From positions 704,001-768,000 of the forward strand of contig JBPOGI010000002.1 of the NCBI GenBank assembly GCA_051251855.1: DNA of 64,000 nt. The letters run 5' to 3'. Origin of the DNA: Roseibacillus sp. Its GTDB lineage: Bacteria; Verrucomicrobiota; Verrucomicrobiia; Verrucomicrobiales; Akkermansiaceae. The notes beneath the pieces are model-generated. The model had not been told where the DNA came from and did no database searches. It saw only the letters and a list, made by a program, of their open reading frames with translations. Of the stretch, positions 8,554 through 18,900 are shown one piece after another. How positions within the stretch are numbered: position 1 is the stretch's first letter; every line of letters begins with the position of its first letter. The position numbers were made by a program, and so were the translations under genes.

Positions 8554-9921
8554 TTACTTGATGGGATGGGATGCCGCCTTGAGGTAGGATTTGGCCTTGG
8601 CGAGAGTTTTTTGGTGTTCCTCTTTTCCTGCGAGGTTGTTTTTTTCGAACGGGTCGGCCTCAAGATTGAAGAGTTCGAGGCTTCCTCCTTTGGCTTTTTT
8701 GTAGGCTTTCCATTTTCCGAAGCGAAGTGCTTGGGAATGAAGGGCTTGCTTTCCGCCGGTGGTGAACTCGATATAAAGATACTCGTGTTCTTCCTGTTCG
8801 CCGTCTTTGGTAAGGGTGGGGAGGAAGGAGAGGCCTGTGTTTTGCTCGGGGATGGGTTGAGCGAGGATCTGAGAGAAGGTGGGGAGGAGGTCGTGAAAGC
8901 CGCTGAGGTGATGGGTGCTGCTGCCTGCTTCAATTTTTCCGGGCCAGCGAGCGAGCATGGGGGACTTGATGCCGCCTTCATGCATGTCGCGTTTGTGGCC
9001 ACGAAGTCCGCCGGTGGAGTTGAAGAAATCGGGATCATGACCGCCTTCTTTGTGGGCGCCGTTGTCGCTAGCGAACATCACGAGGGTGTTGTCGTCGATG
9101 TCGAGCTCTTCGAGCAGGGTCATGATGGCTCCAACTTCATCGTCAAGGTGCTCCATCATGGCGGCGAATCCGGCGATGGGATTGATGACGTCGGGGGTTT
9201 CGTCGAATTCACCGGCTCCATAGCGGCCGATCTTGTTGTCGAATTGAGGGAAGACTCTACGCCACTTTTCATGTAGTTCTTTAGGTGCGTGCATGGCTGC
9301 ATGGGGGATGGCAGTGGGAATATAGCAGAAGAAGGGGGCATCGGATTTGGTGCTGTTAGAAATGAAATCGCGAGCGGCCTCCATGACGATGGGGTTAAGG
9401 TAGGTCTTGCTGTCGAGCGGGATTTCTTTGCCGTTGTGGACGTAGCTGGTGGGGTAGTAGGTGTGAGCGATGAGTTGGCTCTTCCAGCCACAGAATTCGT
9501 CGAAACCGTGGGTGTGAGGGCTTTGTTTTCCAGTCTTGTTAGTGACCCCTAGTCCCCATTTTCCAAAGGCTCCTGTGCGATAGCCGGCGGCCTTGAAGAC
9601 TTCGGGGAGGACCGTGAGTTCTTCGGGGAGGGCAGCTTGGTCTTCGCCGGGGACATTGCCGCGGAGGTAGAGCTGACCTGATTCGATACCCGTCATTAGG
9701 ACGGCGCGGGAGGGGGAGCAGACGGTGTTACCTGAGTAGTGGTTGGTGAACTTCATCCCCTCGGTGGCAAGTCTGTCGATGTGAGGCGTCTCGAATTTTT
9801 CCTGTCCATAGCAGGAGAGATCACCGTAGCCGAGGTCGTCGGCGAGGATGTAGATGATGTTTGGTTTCTCAGCCGAAAAGGCGAGGGTTGGGATAACGAG
9901 TGAGAGAAGAAGGAGCTTCAT
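8554..9921 (-). CDS. Arylsulfatase (formylglycine-dependent)
   Basis: Signal peptide; KPNIIYILADDLGYGD; CSPSR; GKWGLG; SDNG. Confidence 0.92.
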   Translation of the reverse strand: MKLLLLSLVIPTLAFSAEKPNIIYILADDLGYGDLSCYGQEKFETPHIDRLATEGMKFTNHYSGNTVCSPSRAVLMTGIESGQLYLRGNVPGEDQAALPEELTVLPEVFKAAGYRTGAFGKWGLGVTNKTGKQSPHTHGFDEFCGWKSQLIAHTYYPTSYVHNGKEIPLDSKTYLNPIVMEAARDFISNSTKSDAPFFCYIPTAIPHAAMHAPKELHEKWRRVFPQFDNKIGRYGAGEFDETPDVINPIAGFAAMMEHLDDEVGAIMTLLEELDIDDNTLVMFASDNGAHKEGGHDPDFFNSTGGLRGHKRDMHEGGIKSPMLARWPGKIEAGSSTHHLSGFHDLLPTFSQILAQPIPEQNTGLSFLPTLTKDGEQEEHEYLYIEFTTGGKQALHSQALRFGKWKAYKKAKGGSLELFNLEADPFEKNNLAGKEEHQKTLAKAKSYLKAASHPIK

Positions 9922-9993
9922 TGAGACTATAGAAACGAATGGAAGCGGTTCTGTCTATCGGTAGCTTGGCCTACTTTGTGTTATGAGGAGGTG

Positions 9994-11427
9994 CTATTTG
10001 CGCAATAGTTCGATGACGACCTCGGCGGTTTCAGGGTCGCGGAGGAGCCAATGGCCGCTGCGGACGATGGTTTGAGTGTCGGCTTGGTCCAGACTGGCTG
10101 AGGTATAGGGGACGACCCAGTCACCGAGGCCGCGCTGCCCTCCGGTGACGGTGGCGACAATATTGTGGAGCTCGACTCCTTGGCGGATAGGCATTTCGTT
10201 GAGGGCCTTGAGGGCACCAGAGTGAGGGTTGAGCTCAGAGACAGAGACTTCGTTGCCGGCTAGCAGGGCTGCTCCTTGTTGTGTGAGGAGGCCGGGTTCG
10301 GCGAAGGCGAGGTTTTGAGCGGTGCTGAGGGTGGTGCCAAGGACTCGCGCGGGGGCTTTCACGAGGGTTCGAGCGAGCCAAAGCAGAGGGCCTCCGGCGA
10401 GACGGGCCCCCTTGTGAGGAGTCGCTAGGAAGATGACCTTGGAGGGCTCGGCGAGGGGCTCGAAGAGGAGTTGTTCGCGAAGGCGTTTCTTTTGATAGGG
10501 CAGGAGTCGGATGTCGTCGAGGGGGCGGTTGAAATACTGGTTGTAGAGTTTTTCGGGTTGTTCGGAGAGAGAGAGTCGGCTGATGAGCCCGCCCATGGAG
10601 TGGGCGATGATGGTGGTTTCTTTGCGGAGGGGATGATGGATTCTTTTGGGATCGAGGGTCTTGGTGAGAGTGCGAAAGTCCTCGCGAAAATTAGCAGCGG
10701 CGAGAACCCAGGGGTCGCCAGTGGGGTAGAAGTAGTACCAAAACTGATAGCGGTCCCAGAGGTCGGGTTTGCTGGCGATGGTGGAAGCGAGGCGTTCAAA
10801 GTCGACGGGTGTGGACATCAAGCCGTGCACGAAGATGAGGGGAATCTTTTCTGGGTCGTATTCGGTAGCGAGATAGAAGCCTCTTCTGTCGGACCAACCC
10901 GTAGGGTCAATGAGGGCCAGAAAGCGGACGATGGGATTGTCCTCTTGCTTTTGAACGTAGTCGAAGGGAAGGCGATAGTTGCTGGCGAGAGGGAGTCCGT
11001 TGAGGCGGTCGTTTTCGCGAAAATCGAGGGCGGTGAGTTTGAGGCTACCGTCTTGTTCGGAGCGAGCGACGATGGTGGCGGGTTGGCTGGTGAACTGCCA
11101 AGCACGCGCAGTGATTTCTTTAAGTGGCTGGTCTGTGCCAGTATGAACCATAGCCAAGGTTCCCAAATGGTTGGGGTCTTTGTCGTCCTTGGAAAATTGT
11201 TCAGCAGGTGTGAGGTCGGCGATGGTTTGGAGTTCCTCGTGTTCGTCGACGAGACGAATGGGGCGTCCAGCCACGGTGGCGGGGTAGTTGTTGCCCGCCC
11301 AATGCTCGACGAGTTGGCGGGTGGTCTTTTGGGTGAGATAGCCGGTTTCGTGCGGGAGGCGTGGGGCCTTGGGGACGGAGGTGCACGCTCCGAGAAGGGC
11401 GGTAAGGAGAAGAAGGAGGATGCGCAC
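9994..11427 (-). CDS. Lipoprotein alpha/beta hydrolase (esterase/lipase-like)
   Basis: Lipobox LGAC; IFVHGL; AHSMGG; ATPH.G; GD.VVPY.S. Confidence 0.8.
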   Translation of the reverse strand: MRILLLLLTALLGACTSVPKAPRLPHETGYLTQKTTRQLVEHWAGNNYPATVAGRPIRLVDEHEELQTIADLTPAEQFSKDDKDPNHLGTLAMVHTGTDQPLKEITARAWQFTSQPATIVARSEQDGSLKLTALDFRENDRLNGLPLASNYRLPFDYVQKQEDNPIVRFLALIDPTGWSDRRGFYLATEYDPEKIPLIFVHGLMSTPVDFERLASTIASKPDLWDRYQFWYYFYPTGDPWVLAAANFREDFRTLTKTLDPKRIHHPLRKETTIIAHSMGGLISRLSLSEQPEKLYNQYFNRPLDDIRLLPYQKKRLREQLLFEPLAEPSKVIFLATPHKGARLAGGPLLWLARTLVKAPARVLGTTLSTAQNLAFAEPGLLTQQGAALLAGNEVSVSELNPHSGALKALNEMPIRQGVELHNIVATVTGGQRGLGDWVVPYTSASLDQADTQTIVRSGHWLLRDPETAEVVIELLRK

Positions 11428-11433
11428 AGGAAG

Positions 11434-11468
11434 AGAGTCCAGAATCCAGAGTCCAGAGTCCAGACTTC
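11434..11468. repeat. Heptamer tandem repeat (AGAGTCC) x5, degenerate
   Basis: AGAGTCC AGAATCC AGAGTCC AGAGTCC AGACTTC immediately upstream of the hydrolase start. Confidence 0.7.
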
Positions 11469-11716
11469 CCTGAGGCGAATCTCACCCAGAGAGTGTCTGA
11501 GAGATGGGAGGTTTGGTAGCGGGGGGGCTTGCGCTTTTTGCTAAGGGGGAAGGAGCGCTTCGGATAGGTGCGAGAACTTTGGAGTCCGCTGGCTCGCTTG
11601 GAACTTTCGTTGCGAGCTTACCCAGGGCGATGCCCTAGTCTGTTTTCTCTCATCCCTTTGGGGCTGACGATGCGAGGTGTCGATTTCCGCAGGAAGACCG
11701 ACGGGTTGCGTGATTT

Positions 11717-12760
11717 TTATAGAAAGACCTTCTGGCCATCATTCTGGGCGCTTTCGTAGATGGCGCGGATGACGGCGACAGATTTGCGGGCTTCGGCGGA
11801 GGAGGTGCTGGGTTCGCGGCCTTCGGCGATGGCTTGAACGACTTCTTCGAAGTTGCGTTGGTGTTGGTAGAAGTTGATGGCGGAGGGGTCGTTGGCTCCG
11901 AGTCCGGCTTCTTGCCCTTTCATGTGCTTGGAGAGGATTTCGGCGTCGATGGGCTCTTCCTTCATGAAGTCCCAGATTTCGAACGCTTCGTCGGCGAGGA
12001 ATACTGAGCCTTCGGTGCCGGCCAGTTGGACGCGGGCAGGGTGTCCGTCTTTAGACCAAGTGGCGGTTGAGGCTTCGATGACGCCGCGGGCACCGTTTTC
12101 GAATTCGATGAGAGCGACGCAGTGGTCTTCTACTTCGATGCGTTCATGGGCGAGAAGGGCGGTGTTTGCTTGCACGGACTTGATCGGGCCGACGAGGTGG
12201 AGGAGGGCGTCCACGGTGTGAATGGATTGGTTCATGAGGGCGCCACCACCATCGAGGGCCCAAGTGCCGCGCCAACCTGCGGAGTCGTAGTAGGCTTGGT
12301 CTCGAAACCATTTGATGTAGGCGGAGGCGGAGGTGAGGACTCCGAAGCGTCCGGCTTCGACGGCAGCCTTGAAGGCGTCCATTCCGGGATGAAAGCGACG
12401 GTTGAGGACGGCGGCGAGGGTTTTTCCGTTGGCGGCGGCGGCGGCGATGAGCTCGTCGCAGCGCTCGGTGGTGACTTCGAGAGGTTTCTCGACAATGGCA
12501 TGCTTGCCGGCGTTGAGGGCAGCGAGAGTGGGGTCGAGATGGGCTCCGCTAGGGGTGCCGACGGTGACGATTTCGAGTTCGGGGTCAGCGAGGAATTCCG
12601 CCAGGTCGGAGAAGCCCTTGGCACCATACTCTTCGGCGAGCTTGTCCGCTCGGTCCTGATGGAGGTCGAAGACTGAGTGGAGAGTGCCGCCGGTCATAGC
12701 GGTGATAGCTTTGGCGTGAAAGTGGCCGATCATGCCGGCGCCGATGATTCCGAATTTCAT
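11717..12760 (-). CDS. Gfo/Idh/MocA family oxidoreductase
   Basis: GIIGAGMIG, VEKP, WRGTWALDGGGALMNQSIH..D. Confidence 0.92.
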   Translation of the reverse strand: MKFGIIGAGMIGHFHAKAITAMTGGTLHSVFDLHQDRADKLAEEYGAKGFSDLAEFLADPELEIVTVGTPSGAHLDPTLAALNAGKHAIVEKPLEVTTERCDELIAAAAANGKTLAAVLNRRFHPGMDAFKAAVEAGRFGVLTSASAYIKWFRDQAYYDSAGWRGTWALDGGGALMNQSIHTVDALLHLVGPIKSVQANTALLAHERIEVEDHCVALIEFENGARGVIEASTATWSKDGHPARVQLAGTEGSVFLADEAFEIWDFMKEEPIDAEILSKHMKGQEAGLGANDPSAINFYQHQRNFEEVVQAIAEGREPSTSSAEARKSVAVIRAIYESAQNDGQKVFL

Positions 12761-12941
12761 GTTGAGAGTGTTAAAGCGGGTGAGAGGAGTTTTTGCAAGT
12801 CACTGGAATACGTCACTTAGAAAGGGTGATGATTCCGGAGGGGCTTGGTTCGCGGATTCTACGACCCAAGAGGGGCTGGACTTACGATTGATTGATGCTG
12901 AGAGCTTTTTTAAATCAGCGCCTTCGCTGAAACGGCGACCA

Positions 12942-14357
12942 TTAGGGGGCTTTGGCGGGTGGGATATGGTTTTCAGTGAGCAGCTTTTTCATCATTTCTA
13001 GAGCGGGTTGATACTCACTCTCCTCAGCAACGTTCTTCCATTCGTTGGGATCCTTTTCATGGTCATAGAGCTCCATGGAGCCATCGCCATACTCGATGTA
13101 GCGGTAGTGTTGATAACGAAGCGCCTTTCCGCCCTCCTTTCGGTAGGTGAGTGTTGGGTGATCCCAGTCAGCCTTTGGGTTTTCTAAGAGCGGTTTGAGG
13201 CTGCGCCCGACGACCTTGGTGTTGGCTGGGAGACTACAGAGGTCGACCAGAGTGGGGTAGATGTCGATCAGCCCTACCACTTTGTCGCATTGACCCCGGA
13301 ATTTTTCGCCCTGCATGCTGGGCGGGAGCTTGATAATGAGGGGGGAGAGCCCCGAGCGTTCCCAAAGGGTGTGTTTTTGGAAGGTGTTTTTCTCGCCCAT
13401 GTGATAACCATGATCGGACCAAAGAATGACGATGGTGTTTTCGGAGTAGGGGCTTTCTTTGAGAGCCTTGAGAACTTCCCCCACTTTACTGTCGGCGAAA
13501 GTGATACTGGCAAGATAGCTTTGCGCGATGTCTTTCCATCTGTTGTTCTCAAGGGCCCACTCTGTTCGGGGGTAGCCTTCGTTGATGGTTGCCAATGCAG
13601 CTTCTGGCACGTCATCGAGGTCTTCTTTTTGGTAGGGCGGTAGCTTGATGGCTTCGCGATCGTAGAGGTCAAAGTATTTTTGAGGGACATACCAAGGAAC
13701 ATGAGGGCGAAGAAATCCGACCATTAACATAAAAGGTTTATCGTGTTGTTCTTGTAAGCGTTCTACGGCCCAAGTTGCTGCTCGGCTGTCGCTCATACTT
13801 TCCTCGGGTTTTTCCCAGGGACCCCAATCGGTCAGAGTGTTCTGAGAGGGCCACTCGAGCTTGATTTTCTTCCCAGTTTTCTTGTCCCTGAGGTAGTCCC
13901 AGCTTCCGCGTCCACCGGAGAGGTCGAGATTCTCTTTAGGGAGGTGTTTGTGAAGAATTTTTCCGACCGCCATGGTCTTGTAGCCGCCCATTTTCTTCAA
14001 ATAGCCATGGAGGAGTTCTGACCCAAGAGACTGGGCAGTCTTCTCCACAAATTCATCCTCGGCCTGCAGTTTGGGGGAGTTGAGTTGGTGGTAATAGAGA
14101 CCGCTCATCAGACTGGCTCGAGAAGGGCCGCATACAGGATACTGGCAGTAGGCCTTGGAGAACCAAACGCCCTCGCTGGCCAATTGGTCCATGTGAGGCG
14201 TAATGGCCTGTGAGTTGCCAAAATAACCTGCCCAGTCGTTGAGGTCATCGACGGCAATGAACAAGACGTTTGGCCTTTTGGCCGCGTTCGTTTGGAAGGG
14301 AAGGCCTGCGAGTATCAGCAGAGTCAGGAGTCGAAAGTGGGATCTTAGAATTTTCAC
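12942..14357 (-). CDS. Sulfatase (iduronate/choline-sulfatase-like); start probably GTG 14357
   Basis: Signal peptide then RPNVLFIAVDDL, CGPSR, GKILH, PHVP, WSDHGYHMGEK. Confidence 0.88.
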   Translation of the reverse strand: MKILRSHFRLLTLLILAGLPFQTNAAKRPNVLFIAVDDLNDWAGYFGNSQAITPHMDQLASEGVWFSKAYCQYPVCGPSRASLMSGLYYHQLNSPKLQAEDEFVEKTAQSLGSELLHGYLKKMGGYKTMAVGKILHKHLPKENLDLSGGRGSWDYLRDKKTGKKIKLEWPSQNTLTDWGPWEKPEESMSDSRAATWAVERLQEQHDKPFMLMVGFLRPHVPWYVPQKYFDLYDREAIKLPPYQKEDLDDVPEAALATINEGYPRTEWALENNRWKDIAQSYLASITFADSKVGEVLKALKESPYSENTIVILWSDHGYHMGEKNTFQKHTLWERSGLSPLIIKLPPSMQGEKFRGQCDKVVGLIDIYPTLVDLCSLPANTKVVGRSLKPLLENPKADWDHPTLTYRKEGGKALRYQHYRYIEYGDGSMELYDHEKDPNEWKNVAEESEYQPALEMMKKLLTENHIPPAKAP

Positions 14358-14369
14358 TAGAGTATGGTG

Positions 14370-14423
14370 GCTGCTGGTTTTTCTCGCGCCATTCGGTCCG
14401 GCGATGATGATGGCGGTGGGCAT
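14370..14423 (-). pseudogene. Short remnant resembling the N-terminus of a zeta-toxin-like/COG4185 P-loop ATPase
   Basis: MPTAIIIAGPNGARKTSS resembles IIIAGPNGAGKT with a broken Walker A; in frame upstream of the sulfatase. Confidence 0.45.
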
Positions 14424-14529
14424 TGTGATCTCGAACTGCTGGTGGGGTGGCTTGCAAAGCCACGCTTCTAATCGCCGCATTTGAAGACCCCGCCTTGGCG
14501 AGGGATCCTTCGAAGCTAAGGTCTTGAAA

Positions 14530-16329
14530 TCAGTCGCCTGATTTTAAGACCTTGATGAAGGCGTCTTGGGGGATGTTGACTTTGCCGAAAGCTTTCATCT
14601 TGGCTTTGCCTTTTTTCTGCTTCTCTAACAGTTTTCGCTTTCGAGAGATATCTCCGCCGTAGCATTTGGCGGTCACGTTTTTGCGCATGGCGCTGATGGT
14701 CTCGCGGGCGATGATGTTGCCGCCGATCGCTGCTTGGATGGCGACGGTGAACATTTGGGTGGGGATGACTTCTTTGAGTTTGGCGGCAAGTTCGCGGCCG
14801 CGGGCTTGTGCCTTGTCACGGTGGACGATGGTGGAGAAGGCTTCCACGGGTTCGGCGGCGATGAGCATGTCCATCTTGACCATGTTAGCAGCGCGGTAGC
14901 CGGCGTGTTCGTAGTCCATGGAGCCGTAGCCGCGAGTCATGGATTTGAGTCGGTCGTTGAAGTCAACGAGGATGTCGGCAAGGGGGACGACGGCGGTGAG
15001 GAGGACGCGGAATTCGTCGATGGTCTCGGTGTTTTCGAGTTCGCCGCGCTTTTCCATGATGAGCTGCATGGCGTCGCCGATGTACTCCCCGGGGAGCATG
15101 ATGAAGATGCGCACCATAGGTTCGCGGATTTGTTCGATTTCTTGCTGCTCGGGGAGGAAGGAGGGGTTGTCGATGATGAGTTCTTCGCCGTCGGTCTTGG
15201 TGACTTCGTAGATGACGGAGGGGTAGGTGGAGATGACGTCCATGTCGAACTCGCGGCGGAGGCGTTCTTGGATAATCTCCATGTGGAGGAGGCCGAGGAA
15301 GCCGCAGCGGAAGCCGAAGCCAAGGGCGGTCGAGCTTTCGTTTTGGAAAGTGAAAGCAGCGTCGTTGATCTGGAGTTTGCCCATCGCGATTTGAAGGGCC
15401 TCGTAGTCGGAGGTGTCGATGGGGTAGATGCCGGAGAAGACCATGGGGCGAATCTCTTTGAAGCCGGGGAGAGGCTCGGGACAGGGGTTTGCCTTGAGGG
15501 TGATGGTATCGCCGATTTTGATTTCGGCGGTGGTCTTCATGTTGGCGATGAGATAGCCCACATCGCCAGCGACGAGGCAGTCGGTCTTTTTCATGCCGGG
15601 GATGAAGACGCCAGTTTCCTTCACCTCGTAGTGGTTCTCAGTGTGGAAGAGCTTGATGCGGTCGCCCTTTTTGACGGTGCCGGACATGACGCGCACGTAG
15701 GAGATGACGCCCCGATAGGCGTCGTAGAGGCTATCGAAGACAGAAGCGCGTAGGATGCCATCTTCGGAGTCAACGGGAGGAGGGACGAGCTCGATCACTG
15801 CTTCGAGGATATCCTGGATACCAAGGCCTTGTTTGGCGGAGGCGGGGATGGCGGTTTCGCCGGGGATGGCGAGGATGTCCTCGAGTTGCTGGCGACACTT
15901 ACCAACGTCAGCGGCGGGAAGGTCGATCTTGTTGAGGACGGGGACGATGGCAAGGTCTTGCTCTAGGGCGAGGTTGACGTTGGCCATGGTCTGCGCTTCC
16001 ACGCCTTGGGCAGCGTCGATAATAAGAATAGCGCCTTCGCAAGCGGCGAGGCTGCGAGAGACTTCGTAGGAAAAATCAACGTGTCCGGGGGTGTCGAGGA
16101 GGTTGAGTTTGTAGGTAATTCCGTCTTTGGCGGTGTAGGCCATGGTGACGGGGTGGGATTTGATGGTGATTCCTTTTTCGCGCTCCAAGTCCATGGCGTC
16201 GAGGAGTTGAGCCTTGGAGTCGCGCTCGGCAACGGTTTGGGTGAACTCCAGCAGTCGATCGGAAAGGGTGGTCTTTCCGTGATCGATGTGCGCGATGATG
16301 GAGAAGTTACGAGTGAGGCTGGTATCCAT
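14530..16329 (-). CDS. lepA: Elongation factor 4
   Basis: RNFSIIAHIDHGKTTLSDR, DTPGHVDFSYEVSRSL, GFRCGFLGLLH, KCYGGDISRKRKLLEKQK. Confidence 0.98.
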   Translation of the reverse strand: MDTSLTRNFSIIAHIDHGKTTLSDRLLEFTQTVAERDSKAQLLDAMDLEREKGITIKSHPVTMAYTAKDGITYKLNLLDTPGHVDFSYEVSRSLAACEGAILIIDAAQGVEAQTMANVNLALEQDLAIVPVLNKIDLPAADVGKCRQQLEDILAIPGETAIPASAKQGLGIQDILEAVIELVPPPVDSEDGILRASVFDSLYDAYRGVISYVRVMSGTVKKGDRIKLFHTENHYEVKETGVFIPGMKKTDCLVAGDVGYLIANMKTTAEIKIGDTITLKANPCPEPLPGFKEIRPMVFSGIYPIDTSDYEALQIAMGKLQINDAAFTFQNESSTALGFGFRCGFLGLLHMEIIQERLRREFDMDVISTYPSVIYEVTKTDGEELIIDNPSFLPEQQEIEQIREPMVRIFIMLPGEYIGDAMQLIMEKRGELENTETIDEFRVLLTAVVPLADILVDFNDRLKSMTRGYGSMDYEHAGYRAANMVKMDMLIAAEPVEAFSTIVHRDKAQARGRELAAKLKEVIPTQMFTVAIQAAIGGNIIARETISAMRKNVTAKCYGGDISRKRKLLEKQKKGKAKMKAFGKVNIPQDAFIKVLKSGD

Positions 16330-16414
16330 GAAAATTTCGCCTGGGTAGGCGGGAGGGGAGCCTCTTGAATCCTAGGGAAAGAGTCAAGACAGGGGTGACG
16401 AGAACAATCTGGTT

Positions 16415-17584
16415 TTAGATGGCCGCTGCTGGCTCCGATATTTGGTCGTAACCGGCTGATTTCGGCTGTGCCTGTAGCATGAGGCGGCAGTAGCGTTCTC
16501 CTTCAACTTCAAATTGCATAAGGGTGCCGCGGGCGGGTATCTCCGCGCCATCAGCATGGTTTACGGCGCAGTTAAAGGAAGCGTATCCACTCTCATTGAG
16601 GCGCGTAACAGCCTGGCGGAAGGCTCGAAGGCTTTCGTCTGTGAGAAGGTCGTCGATGGGGCGGCCGATGAGGCGAGTTGAGTAAACTCCGGTGAGTTTT
16701 TCGACGTGGGGATTCACCTCGGTGATACGACCAAATTGGTCATAGCGCACGAATCCGTCGGTCGCGTTCTTAATCGATTGCGCCATACTTTGCTCGTATG
16801 TGGTGCACTTCTTGACCTCTTCTTCGAGGTAGCTCAGGTCGCGCACGGTGGCGAGAATAAGGGATTGCTCTTGAAACCGAAAATCACTGAAGCAGATGGA
16901 GACGGGGATGGTTCTTCCTGCTCCCACGTTCATTCGACAGTCGAATCGGGTGCGGGACTGTTGCTTGAGTTTACGAAATGCCTGAAAGGCCAGAGAGCGT
17001 CCTTCTCGGGAGGTCAAGTTACTGACCCTAAGACCAATCAGGCTTTCGGCTGGTCTGCGGGTCATGGATACCATGGCGCGATTGGTATTAATGATCGCGC
17101 CGCTCTCATCTGAGACGACGATTCCATCTGGACATGCTTCGAAGAGCTTTTTGGTGTAGTCCTTGAGGCTCTGCATTCGAAGAATATCGCGGAGTCGGCG
17201 TTCCTGTTGAATGAGGAGCGAAGTGAAAATTCTGAGGTTGTCGGAGTTGAGTTCGTCGAAAGGGCGGTAGAGTTTGAGAGTCCTCGTGGTGCCGGAGATT
17301 GGAACTTGAATGGCTTCTGAGTCCTCTAACTCTAATTCGGGGTCTGGCTCGTTGCCGTTTTCAATATAGTTGAGGTGGGCGCAATTCAAAAACTGGGCTC
17401 CAAACTCGAGAATCGTGATGATGTTGATGGACGGATCTTCGCCAAGTTCCAAGAGTACCGAGCTCAGGTCTGGAGAGGTGATTGGCTGAGCTTGTCGACT
17501 GGGCTCCATCTCGTCTCTGGACTTGGAGGGGATTTGAGGGGATTTGTTTTCAACTGAAATTGGGGCGATTGTCATGAGTAGCAA
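16415..17584 (-). CDS. Tandem PAS-domain protein without evident output domain
   Basis: Two PAS-like segments (LFEACPDGIVVSDESGAIINTN; IKNATDGFVRYDQFGRITEVN). Confidence 0.7.
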   Translation of the reverse strand: MLLMTIAPISVENKSPQIPSKSRDEMEPSRQAQPITSPDLSSVLLELGEDPSINIITILEFGAQFLNCAHLNYIENGNEPDPELELEDSEAIQVPISGTTRTLKLYRPFDELNSDNLRIFTSLLIQQERRLRDILRMQSLKDYTKKLFEACPDGIVVSDESGAIINTNRAMVSMTRRPAESLIGLRVSNLTSREGRSLAFQAFRKLKQQSRTRFDCRMNVGAGRTIPVSICFSDFRFQEQSLILATVRDLSYLEEEVKKCTTYEQSMAQSIKNATDGFVRYDQFGRITEVNPHVEKLTGVYSTRLIGRPIDDLLTDESLRAFRQAVTRLNESGYASFNCAVNHADGAEIPARGTLMQFEVEGERYCRLMLQAQPKSAGYDQISEPAAAI

Positions 17585-17830
17585 GGGTGATGAACGCCCT
17601 TAGTCTTAGTTGAAGTTTAAGAAGTCTCAAGTTTATTTTTTACAAAATGCACGAATGATTTTTGTCATAAATGTCATAATTTGGATTTTTTAGGTGAATT
17701 CTCTATCGAAAGGTCATTTTCGCGAGTTTCACACGCCTCCCTCAGCTTTTTCTTTGGCGTTCCGTGCTGGAAGCGTATCTCATTCCTAGATTCGAAATGC
17801 CGGAGTGGTTCTCGACTCCTGGTTTTCTCG

Positions 17831-18853
17831 CTAGGAAGCTTTCTGGATTGGCTTGCTGCCTAAGGGTCCTTTTAGAGACCAGAGAATGAAGGCTGCTCCG
17901 ATCACGATGAAGAAGAGAGAGTAGAATTGGCCTTTGGTAAGAGCACCAATCATTGCGGAATCTGGAACTCGGAATTGCTCCACGAAAATTCGGCCGAGAG
18001 AGTAGAGTAGAAAGAAGAGTCCGGTGAGTAAGCCCGTGGGAAGTTTGGGGCAGCGAAACCGAAGGATTATGAGGAGGATGAAGAGGAGCAGTCCTTCTAG
18101 TAGTCCTTCGTAAACTTGAGAAGGGTGCCGATTGAGGAGGAAGGGTTCGACGGCAGCTTTGACGTCATCACTCGCTCTGATAGCGGCGGCGAGGGCTTGC
18201 TCTCCACCAATGTGGCTGCTGAAAGCTTGTTCGAGCGCTTGGCGGGGTTCGCCAGTAGAGGTTTCGATGGCGACACGCATGGCGTTGGGATAGTCGGCGG
18301 CTTCGGGGCATTTGTTGTTAAAAAGGGCGCCTGGAAATTTGACGAGCCACGGGAGATTACCTTTTGAGATGTGTCCAAAAAGCTCGCCGTTGATAAAATT
18401 GGCCATTCTGCCAAAGAAAACTCCCAAGGGGGCGACGCAGACGATGGCGTCGCCCAAAGCGGCCCAAGAGACTTTGGTGCGGCGGGCGTAGAACCAAGCA
18501 AAGATGGTTAATCCAAGGATGCCACCGTGGGAGGACATCCCACCGTCCCAGACTTTGATGATAGTGAGGGGATCGTCAGCGATTTGGCTGCGACCGTCGA
18601 CCGTGGGAAGCATGTAAAAAAGGACGTATCCAATGCGGCCTCCCAGGAAGACCCCGAGAAAGGCCCCATAAGCTACGAAGTCTGAGACTTTGTCTGGGGC
18701 GACAGGGAGAAGTTCTTTCTCGGCCATTTTTTTGAGAAGCCACCAAGCAGCGATGAATCCAGCGAGGTAGGCGAGGCCGTACCAGCGCACTTTGAGGGTC
18801 TCAGAGAGCGAAAAGAGGACGGGGTCGAGATCGTGGACGTAGGCGAGAAGCAC
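17831..18853 (-). CDS. lgt: Prolipoprotein diacylglyceryl transferase
   Basis: VRWYGL, GGRIGYVLFY, GGMSSHGG, GRMANFINGELFG, HPSQVYE. Confidence 0.95.
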   Translation of the reverse strand: MLLAYVHDLDPVLFSLSETLKVRWYGLAYLAGFIAAWWLLKKMAEKELLPVAPDKVSDFVAYGAFLGVFLGGRIGYVLFYMLPTVDGRSQIADDPLTIIKVWDGGMSSHGGILGLTIFAWFYARRTKVSWAALGDAIVCVAPLGVFFGRMANFINGELFGHISKGNLPWLVKFPGALFNNKCPEAADYPNAMRVAIETSTGEPRQALEQAFSSHIGGEQALAAAIRASDDVKAAVEPFLLNRHPSQVYEGLLEGLLLFILLIILRFRCPKLPTGLLTGLFFLLYSLGRIFVEQFRVPDSAMIGALTKGQFYSLFFIVIGAAFILWSLKGPLGSKPIQKAS

Positions 18854-18900
18854 GGGGGCTTTTTAAGGTCAAACAGGGGAAGGTCGAAATGAAAATCCGT

